Assembly: GCF_006345805.1 (NCBI RefSeq) | Contig: NC_043020.1 | Coordinates: 930,001 to 994,000 of the forward strand | Source: Octopus sinensis | Taxonomy: Eukaryota | Direction of reading: 5' to 3' | Length of the DNA stretch: 64,000 bases | Shown: positions 55,780-64,000 of the stretch, one piece after another | Numbering within the stretch: position 1 is the first letter of the stretch | Layout: every line of letters starts with the position of its first letter | The notes under the pieces: generated by a model | The model's database searches: none | The model's input: only the letters and a program-made list of their open reading frames with translations | What the model was told of the DNA's origin: nothing | Made by a program: the position numbers and the translations under genes

Positions 55780-56100
55780 AGCGGAAAGTGTAACCTCTCG
55801 AAAGAGCTGTTCTTCACTCCTGCTCCAGAACGTCGGCTGCAGGGTCACTCCGAAAAGCTCTATCTGCAACGATTACATCTCATTGAAGGAGAGGGGCTTT
55901 CTCTGTCCGGGTTGCGGTTCCGTGGAATAAGCTGCCGGACGAAATAGTGAAGATGCCGATGACCGCTCGGTTTAAAATCTCCCTTGACCACAAATGGCCT
56001 GAACTCTTTGCATGTACATCACCTCCCGTACATAACTCCATGTCCCCCTACATGGCCTTGCTTTTTGCTTTTTGAGCCAAAAAATTAACTTAACTTAACT
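55780..56100 (+). mobile_element. CR1-clade LINE 3' fragment
   Basis: LQGHSEKLYLQRLHL/(frameshift)RRGAFSVRVAVPWNKLPDEIVKMPMTARFKISLD matches the CR1 ORF2 C-terminal pattern RGH..KL....R..FS.RV...WN.LP..V......FK..LD. Confidence 0.8.
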
Positions 56101-56762
56101 AACATACATACATACATACGTACATATATATCATGAACTGCTACTTTCTCAGATGCAACACAAAGTTTTGTCAGTGAACAGGTCACAGTCTCAAAGCAAC
56201 GAAAATATTTTGACAAATTAAATTTAAATGTTCAAGTGAATCTAACGGTTTTTGTGTTTCTTAAATGGCTTATAAACACCTTCCACACTGCAATTGTTTT
56301 TGTTCCAGCACACGATATCAGATCAGGTCACTTGCTATGCAAGTACATCTCCAAAATTAGAAAGAAAAACAAACACTATTTTGCGAAATAAAATTTATTT
56401 GAAAATAAAATACAAAATCCATGTAGAAAAAAAAAAAATTAATAAAAACATCCATATTACAACAATAAATACATATATTTATAACAACCAAAATCAACTG
56501 AAAAGCCAGGTTTACAATTTCACAGATGTAATAATATTTGAAAAAGACACCTAGGCTCAGATTATTTCTGCAGTTATCACATATAATTTATTTCTCAGAG
56601 TGTTTAAAATAAAAATGGGTGGAGGGGCTTCAGTAATTTTAAATGTGCAAAAGTTTTGGAAAAAATGATGCAGATAAGAACAGCTCTGGACTTTGAAGCC
56701 ATCTTGGATTGCAATAAAGTGAATTTACGTCAGTTGGCAAGACAAAGACTGTGTGTGTGCAT

Positions 56763-56803
<41 letters not shown>

Positions 56804-56842
56804 ATCAAATGAAATAAATGAAAAACAGGACACAGAGGATGT

Positions 56843-56937
56843 TGCGGTACATATGTTTCGAGCTTTATAGAACAACTTATTCTTACATCAATGCATAATC
56901 GACATAACAGATAGTTCAAAAGCCCTCTTCAGCCGCA
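56843..56937 (-). ncRNA. Canonical type-I hammerhead ribozyme with long stem II insert (H4 type)
   Basis: Minus: tgcgg-CTGAAGA-gggcttt-[52 nt]-aaagctc-GAAA-catatg-TA^ccgca. Perfect 5-bp stem I, 7-bp stem II, palindromic ACAUAUGU stem III. Confidence 0.85.
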
Positions 56938-56975
56938 TCCAATTGCTACACCAAAGACCTGTATCACATTATGAA

Positions 56976-57014
<39 letters not shown>

Positions 57015-57029
57015 TATATATATATATAC

Positions 57030-57152
57030 CGGAGCAAGGACATAAATGTGAAACAAGGTGGAAAGAAGAGTACTCAAATACCAGAGGTAAAGTAGTATGC
57101 TCTATTTAAAAGCAGCAGAAAATAGCTGTTACTCAGAGTTTCCGGACAGTTT
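57030..57152 (-). mobile_element. H3-type element with deleted hammerhead core/stem II
   Basis: Minus: ctgtccg|gaaactctgagtaacag plus a tail homologous to 50745-50840. Confidence 0.7.
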
Positions 57153-57409
57153 TGTTAAAGAAAAAAAAAGCAGAGGAACTAGTAAGCGTATATGGGTGTA
57201 TATATGTGTATCCGTGGGGTTGTGAGTGTTGTGTGTGTGCATTCGTGTGCGTGTGTATATATGGTTGTGTGTATGTGTGGAAGTATGTGTGTGTACATGT
57301 GCATGTATATATGCATGAGTGTACATGTGCATGTATGTTGTATGTGTGTGGTGTGTTGGAGGTATGTGTGTTCGTGGATACATGAGTGTGTGTGTGTGTA
57401 TGTGTTCGT

Positions 57410-58742
57410 GTATAAGAACAATAATCTATAAAAACATTAAAATAAAAAAAAATATGAACAATAAAAAAGTAAAAAATTATAAAATAAAATGAAAGACGCA
57501 ATAGCACGTAAGGAAGGAAAATGAAAAAAAGACAAAGAAAAAAAGAAAAAGAAATAAAGTTGCTTGTTGCGGGAGGTGGAGATGCAGTCACTAAGAGGAG
57601 GGGCTGCGTTGAGTCCGTGCGGGGTATTAGTCTGTAAAGTGAAAATGAACCGTTGCTCCAAATGAAGCCTGGATTGTGGAGGACCGTTGTGTGGGGCGAG
57701 ACCAAACACAGAGATGTCATCGGGGGAATGGTTGGCCGAGCGGAAGTGACAGGCGACAGGAGAGTTGGAACGCAGTCAACATCCCTTAGATGTTCGGCGA
57801 ACCGGTCGGCGTCCCGTCTGTCCTACATAAAGCATCCCACAGAGGTTGCATTTTACGCAATATACGAGACCAGACGAAGTGCACGTAAAAGAATGTCTGA
57901 TACGGACAGTTTGCTGGTTGGAGCCGGTGACGAAGGGGCAGGTGTTGCAGCGGGATCTGGAGCACGGGAAGGATCCATGTGGGGCTGAGGGGGAAGAAGA
58001 GAGGGTGCTACGGACCAGGAGATCGCATAGATTCCGGGCTCATTTGAAGGAGGACAGGGGTGGGTTGGGGAAAATGGGACGGGTCATGGGATCGAGCTGG
58101 AGACGGCGGAAGGCAAGTAGTATCCTCCAACGAAGGGGTAGAGTGGAGGGGTGGGAAAGGAGGGGAAAGGGGGTGCGGTCAGGGAGTTGGCGAGAGAAAG
58201 GAGAAAGGGCGGTGGTGCGGTCTTTTCGACGAGCGTGGGCAAGGGCATTCAAGACCAGGGTTGGGGGGTATCCTCGATGCCTGAACAGGCAGGCTAGGTA
58301 CTGAGACTGTTGTCTCAAAATCCTGGTCGCGGCTGCACAAGCATCGGAGGCGGAGAAACTGGGAGTAGGGGATGGCCCGTTTGGTGTGGAAGGGATGGGA
58401 GGAGGAGAAGTTGAGGTAGAGGTGGGAATCCGTGGGTTTGAAGAAGGCGGAGGTGGTGAGAGAGTGGGGGGTCCTGTGTGTGGGGTCAGGGTGACGGTTG
58501 AGGAAGTATTGGAGGGCTAAGAGACTGTCGTTGTGGGGAATCGCAGTGTAAAGGGATTTGATGTCTAAGGTAAAGAGGTGTGAGGGGCTGGGACGGAAGG
58601 AAAAGGAATTGAAGAGACGGAGGGCGTGGTTAGTGTCATGAATGTGGGATGGGAGGGCAGCGACTAAAGGGGACAGGATGCGGTCGAGGTATAGGGTAAT
58701 GCGTTCGGTGGGACAATTACAGGCAGAAACGATGGGGCGGCC
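57410..58742 (-). mobile_element. Penelope-like family A fragment A3 (partial RT, thumb, GIY-YIG, 3' end)
   Basis: [12 protein letters not shown]; FKPTDSH; GIY-YIG SFTCTSSGLVYCVKCNLCGMLYVGQT..DRFAEHL..PVACHF..EQRFIFTLQTNTPHGLN. Internal deletion and frameshifts. Confidence 0.9.
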
Positions 58743-59299
58743 AAAATATTAATTATATTTGGGGGATGATTGGATAATTTATTTACGTAACTGGTGATTT
58801 CGCCTTCTTTTCTAAATGGGTAATGTAGCTTAGAGTTAAGGTCTAATGTAATATCTAGGAAATTGACTATTTTAGTGCCTGGTTCATAGGTTATGCTAAG
58901 GTTGAAATCTTTAAAGAACCTATTAATTTTCTTTCTAATCCTTTTAATGCTCGATTTATTATTGCTAGGGATAACAAACAAAGCATCATCCCTATATAAA
59001 CCACCTTGCAATTCAGGGATCTCCTTTTTTATGCATTTTAACAGATATGCACCTACTAAATTAGTCACCTCAGCCGAATCATTGGAATCAATGGGTATAT
59101 CGAAATTATTAGGGGTGTCTGCTCTGGTCCATAATTTTCCCTCAAACTCTATAAATGTTTTTCTAGCTAATAGTACTATGTCGATTTCTTCTCTAGATAT
59201 GAGGGAGCGATTCATAGTGAACATGAGTGATTTATTTAACAGAATAGGGGAAATACTAGAGTAATAGTTATTTGTGTCGAATTGAATAAAGACCAGATT
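58743..59299 (-). mobile_element. Penelope-like family B fragment B3 (RT core)
   Basis: FIQFDTNNYY..DSAEVTNLVG..GLYRDDAL..VNFLDITLDL..SNHPPNII; AT-rich. Confidence 0.9.
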
Positions 59300-60177
59300 G
59301 GGGTGGGTTGGGGGAAATGGGGCGAGTCGTGGGATCGAGATGGAGACGGCGGAAGGCACGTAGTATCTTCCGACGAAGGGGCAGAGTAGAGGGGTGGAAA
59401 AGGGGAAAGGGGGTGCGGTTGGGGGATGGGTGAGAGGAAGGAGAAAGAGCGGTGGTGCGGTCAATGCGACGAGCGTGGGCGTTCAAGACCAGGGTAGGTG
59501 GGTATCCTCGATGCCTGAACAGGCGGGCCAGGTATTGAGACTGGGTCACGAAATCCTGGTCGCGGCTGCACAAGCGTCGGAGGCGGAGGAACTGGGAGTA
59601 GGGGATGGCCCGTTTGGTGTGGAAGGGGTGGGAGGAGAAGTTGAGATAGAGGTGGGAATCCGTGGGTTTGAAGAAGGCGGAGGTGGTGAGAAAGTGGGAG
59701 GGGTGGTCGATGCTGAGAGAGATATCAAGGAAGTTAACAGAAGTATTGGAGATGGTGGAAGTGAATTGTAGAGAGGGGTGGAAGTTAGAGAGGAAAGAGA
59801 TGAAGTGGCAGAGAAGTACGCGGGAAAGGGAGGTGGCGCCTATGCAGTCGTCTACGTAGGGACCGTATAGTTCTGGGGTCGGCCCAGAGAATTGGGAGAA
59901 CACTTGGGCCAACAAATGTAGCCAACAAAGAGATTGGCGAAATTGGGACCCATTCTCGTTCCCATCGCGACCCCAGACAACAGTTGGTACGTTTCCCCGG
60001 CGAACGTGAAACAGTTGAGGGTGAGGACGAGCTCAGCCAGGCGGAGAAGGGTGGGGGTGCTGGGGGGTCAGGGAAGTGTTGGAGGGCTAAGAGACGGTCG
60101 TTGTGGGGAATTACCGTATACAGGGATTTTATGTCTAAGGCGAAGAGGAGGTGTGAGGGGCTGGAAGGGAAGGAAAA
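59300..60177 (-). mobile_element. Penelope-like family A fragment A2 (RT + thumb)
   Basis: LDIKSLYTVIPH; ELYGPYVDDCIG; VNFLDISL; FKPTDSHLYL..HTKRAIPYSQFLRLRRLCS. Confidence 0.9.
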
Positions 60178-60776
60178 GGAATTTCCAGGAAATTTCTTTT
60201 GTGGTCCTTAAGGTTGATTTAAGGTTCACACGGTTTAAGAGGCTCTGTTCTATCCATTAAATTGTACCTTTTCCATAATTTCTTTCATTTCCAGATTTAT
60301 TTTTTTCACATTATTCCTGGTTGTTATTTTATATTTAGAGTTGAGTTCTTTCTTAATTAGTTTGCAATAGAGAGCGTAATCTAATCTACAAAGATGACCA
60401 GTTTTATCCGCTGCCACTAAGATTCCTTGCTTATTCCGAGTTGAATTAAATAAAATTTCTGAGATATTTAAGGTGAGGATTGTATCTTAACGGATGTTCT
60501 TTGAATTTAATATCCTCTATAAGATTCAGTAAATCTTTTCCGAAATTTTCCAGGAGTGGGTTCGGAGGCGAGCTCTCTGTTTCTAAAAATTCTCTTATAA
60601 CTCCTATCAGTATTCCTTGCTTGAGGGTCCTTATTCCGCTTGATATCAAAATGGTAAGTTTTCCATCTAATTCTTCTAAGGAAATCGTTAATTCTATGGA
60701 TTAGTAGCCAGATATATTCATCCTTACTGTGTAAGGGGATGTCCTTAGGGGAAAGCTCTATGTCTACTTTCTCCAT
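60178..60776 (-). mobile_element. Penelope-like family B fragment B2 (ORF N-terminus)
   Basis: MEKVDIELSPKDIPLHSKDEYIWLLIHRINDFLRRIRWKTYHF..ENFGKDLLNLIEDIKFK..NLKDHKRNF; frameshifted. Confidence 0.75.
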
Positions 60777-60793
60777 TCTTGTGTGTGTGTGTG

Positions 60794-61160
<367 letters not shown>

Positions 61161-61164
61161 GAAG

Positions 61165-62340
61165 TCAGAGATCAAACGTGAGACGCAAGAGCGAAAATAA
61201 CAGGGTCAAATGACTTCACCCCAACATAAGGGTGCGTGTGTGTAAGAGAGTATGTGGTGCGTATGAAAGGTCTGGACGTGTGTATGTATGTTCGGGGGGA
61301 GAGAGCAGATGCATGGTCTATGGAACGTGCTCTGGCAAGGGCGGTGTGGATAGTGGTGAGGGGGTATCCACGTAGGATGAAGTGGTGAGCCATGCGTTGA
61401 GACTGAGTCTCAAAGTCATGGTCGTCACTACAGAGCCTACGTAGACAGAGGAATTGGGAATAGGGGATGGAAAGCTTGGTGTGTTTTGGGTGGGAGGAAG
61501 AAGTTTAGGTATGAGTGTGAGTCTCTGTGTTTGTAGTGAATGGAGGTGGTAATAGTGGAGTGATGAATGCTGACCGAAATGTCGAGGAAGGAGACAGAGG
61601 TGGAGGTGAAGTGGAGGGCAGGATGGAAGGATTGAACGAAAGAGAGGAAGGAATCTAGATGTTCACAGGAGAGTGAGGTGGCACCAATAATGTTGTCAAT
61701 GTAACGACCGTATAGTTCAGGAGTGGGACCAGTGAAATTAGAGAATATTTGGGCCTCAACATAGCCAACGAACAGGTTCGCATAGTTGGGGCCCATTCGC
61801 GTTCCCATTGCCACTCCCGAGATCTGTTGGTAGAACTCGCCCGCGAACAAGAAGCAATTAAGAGAAAGGACAAGTTCGGCCAGACGAATGAGTGTGGAGG
61901 TGTCGGGTTCAGGGTTGGGGCAGAGGTCGAGAAAGTGTTGAAGTGCCCTCAGTCCTTCGTGGTGAGGGATGACGGTATAGAGACTCTGGATGTCCATTGT
62001 AAAAAGTATTTTGGAGGAGCTGGGAGGAAAGGAGAAAGAGTTAAACAGCCAGAGGGCATGGTTGGTGTCGTGGATGTTGGAGGGAAGAGACGCCACTAGG
62101 GGGGGGGGCAAGGACACGGTCGAGGTATTTTGAAATGAGCTCCGTGGGGCAGTTGCAGGCGGAGACAATGGGGCGGCCAGGGTTGTTGGGTTTGTGGATT
62201 TTGGGGAGGAAGTAAATGGTGGGGGTGCGTGGGGTTCGCACAATTAGGTTGCATGCGGTATGGGGGAGATGGGAGGACGAGATGAGGTCGTGGACAGTAG
62301 AGGATACCGTCTGTTGGTAGCTACGTGTGGCGTTAGATGA
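61165..62340 (-). mobile_element. Penelope-like family A fragment A1 (RT)
   Basis: [35 protein letters not shown]; MDIQSLYTVIPH; GVAMGTRMGPNYANLF; YGRYIDN. Confidence 0.92.
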
Positions 62341-62351
62341 CTATATATATA

Positions 62352-63125
62352 TATATATTTATCAGGTCGCCGGAACGAGTGTGTGTGGGCGTACCAGCGG
62401 GTCTTAAAGCTGTTTGACGTCATTCCGATGTAAGATTTTCTTTTATCATCGGGGCCTGATCGTACCGCGCATGTATAGACAAGGTCCCTCTGTAGGCAGT
62501 TGTTGAGGGGGCAAGTGGTTTTATCAGGGCAGTTGCAATTGCTGTTGGATGGGCCTCGGAAAAAGTAGATATATTAAGTTTTTTCACGTTGTTGTTGGCT
62601 AGGTTCCTGGCTAGATTGGGCATGGTAGAGTAGGAGAGTCTAATGGTGTTCTTATTTAGGATAGTGTAGTACTTATGTTGGGTGGGGAAGTGTTTCTGTA
62701 GGAGAGTGAAGAAGATTTTAGCTACAGGTGTAGCGACCTCACGGTTGAAGGGGGGGTTGTACCAGCTAATGTGTCTTTGCCTATTTTTCCTGGGTTGGCG
62801 TGGGGCTATACTAGTATAGGTGATCTTATCTTTAAAGCCACTGCGGGCCAGGGCCTCGTAATAGGGGGCTGCTGCATTAAAGATATCTTCAGTAGCGGAC
62901 AGGCTAGATATTCTAATTGAGACACTTTTTACTAGGTTGTCTAATATATTTTTGGGGTGGTTGGAATTAATGTCTATATATCTAAGGGATTCATTTGGTT
63001 TGTGGTACGGGTAATAAAGTGGGGTTTTTAAGTCGAGGGTAACGTCAAGGAAGTTAGCTTTGGTTAAGTTGGATTCTAAGGTAATCCTAAGGCCTAAGTT
63101 TTTAAAAAAAGTGTAAAGATTTGTA
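62352..63125 (-). mobile_element. Penelope-like family B fragment B1 (RT end, thumb, start of GIY-YIG)
   Basis: ANFLDVTLDL..SNHPKNIL..WYNPPFN..IRLSYSTMPNL, then CNCPDKTTCPLNNCLQRDLVYTCAV..KSYIGMTSNSFKTRWYAH; truncated at (TA)n. Confidence 0.9.
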
Positions 63126-63579
63126 AAAAATGCCACCATATTAGATAAATTTTAATTTTACATGTTTCAGTTCTTGAAATAACGAACCTTATCAAAAAAA
63201 TTTATAATAAAGAGTATAATGGAACAGTTCATAATTGTTACATACATTCAATAGAGTCCATGCTATATACATTCAATAGAATCCATGTTCTTGAAAAGGC
63301 GAAAAATATATAATAGAAAAAATCCATAGTCGTTCCTTACTGTTTTGTCAAGTGTTGTGCAGGAGTTCGTTATAGATTTTACCTTGTGTTCCAATGGGAG
63401 CAACAGTAGTGATTCTTGGTCGTCGTAATTTTGGTAAACTTGGTGATGGTTGGGTTTATATCAGCTAAGCTGTGGCTGTGAAAGCAGTAGTGGTCGTGGT
63501 CTCTGGCACTGTTCACTGACATCATATAACTCCAAACCAATCAAAACCAAGCTTCAACGAATATAAGGAAAAGACCCCC

Positions 63580-63776
63580 AACTGTATCCTGTTTAGGAAA
63601 CCAACCTAGCAGAACGACTAGTTTGACCACGGAAGAAAAACGTCATCAATTTTTTAACGAATCAAAATCAGACCTGACCCATAACTGTATTTTGTAAGGA
63701 AACCAACCAAGCAGGGCGACAAGCTTGACCACTGAGGTAAAACGTCAATTTTCTGACGAATCAAAATCAGATCTGC
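63580..63776. repeat. Diverged, about 100-bp tandem pair
   Basis: aactgtat..t.taaggaaaccaacc.agcag..cgac.ag.ttgaccac....aaaacgtc..aatttt...acgaatcaaaatcaga occurs twice. Confidence 0.75.
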
Positions 63777-64000
63777 TCGCAGAGAAAAAAATCTTTTTAT
63801 AAATTTTTCCTTCCCTAAGACACCACTGCCAGCGGGAATGACTGTTTAAGGATCTGAGAAATTGTAATTGCCCCCACCTCCACTATTTTAATTCTCTCAC
63901 TGTGGCCGTAGTAGTAGTAGTGCTAGTGGGAGCAGTCGTAGTGGTTGTGGTAGAGTTTCGTTTTTCTTTTTCGGAAGACCAATGTTTTGTTTTAATATTC

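Overview
AT-rich, microsatellite-saturated metazoan genomic DNA. The repeat families resemble those of octopus/coleoid cephalopods; this is an inference from memory, not a database result. One host gene is supported: the last four coding exons of a core alpha-1,6-fucosyltransferase (FUT8-like, + strand, 23213-34790, 303 codons, consistent splice phases). Its 5' exons were not found in the window. The rest is mostly tRNA-derived SINEs, LINE fragments (RTE, CR1, Penelope-like), MITEs (piggyBac-, mariner- and Kolobok-like), a Helitron and simple repeats. Nearly all ORFs in the supplied track are microsatellite artefacts. Three things stand out. (1) About 10 type-I hammerhead ribozyme motifs or remnants of at least four sequence types sit in short non-coding elements next to (TA)n/(CA)n tracts. 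They include a near-perfect head-to-head double hammerhead (50601-50767), a canonical hammerhead with a 52-nt stem II insert (56843-56937) and recurrent core variants (CCGACGA, CUGUAGA). (2) A 5.7-kb same-strand mosaic alternates six truncated pieces of two divergent Penelope-like families. (3) An 81-bp minisatellite is seeded at a SINE end, and an intronic hairpin shows a G-U bias. Coordinates were read by hand; repeat boundaries are approximate.
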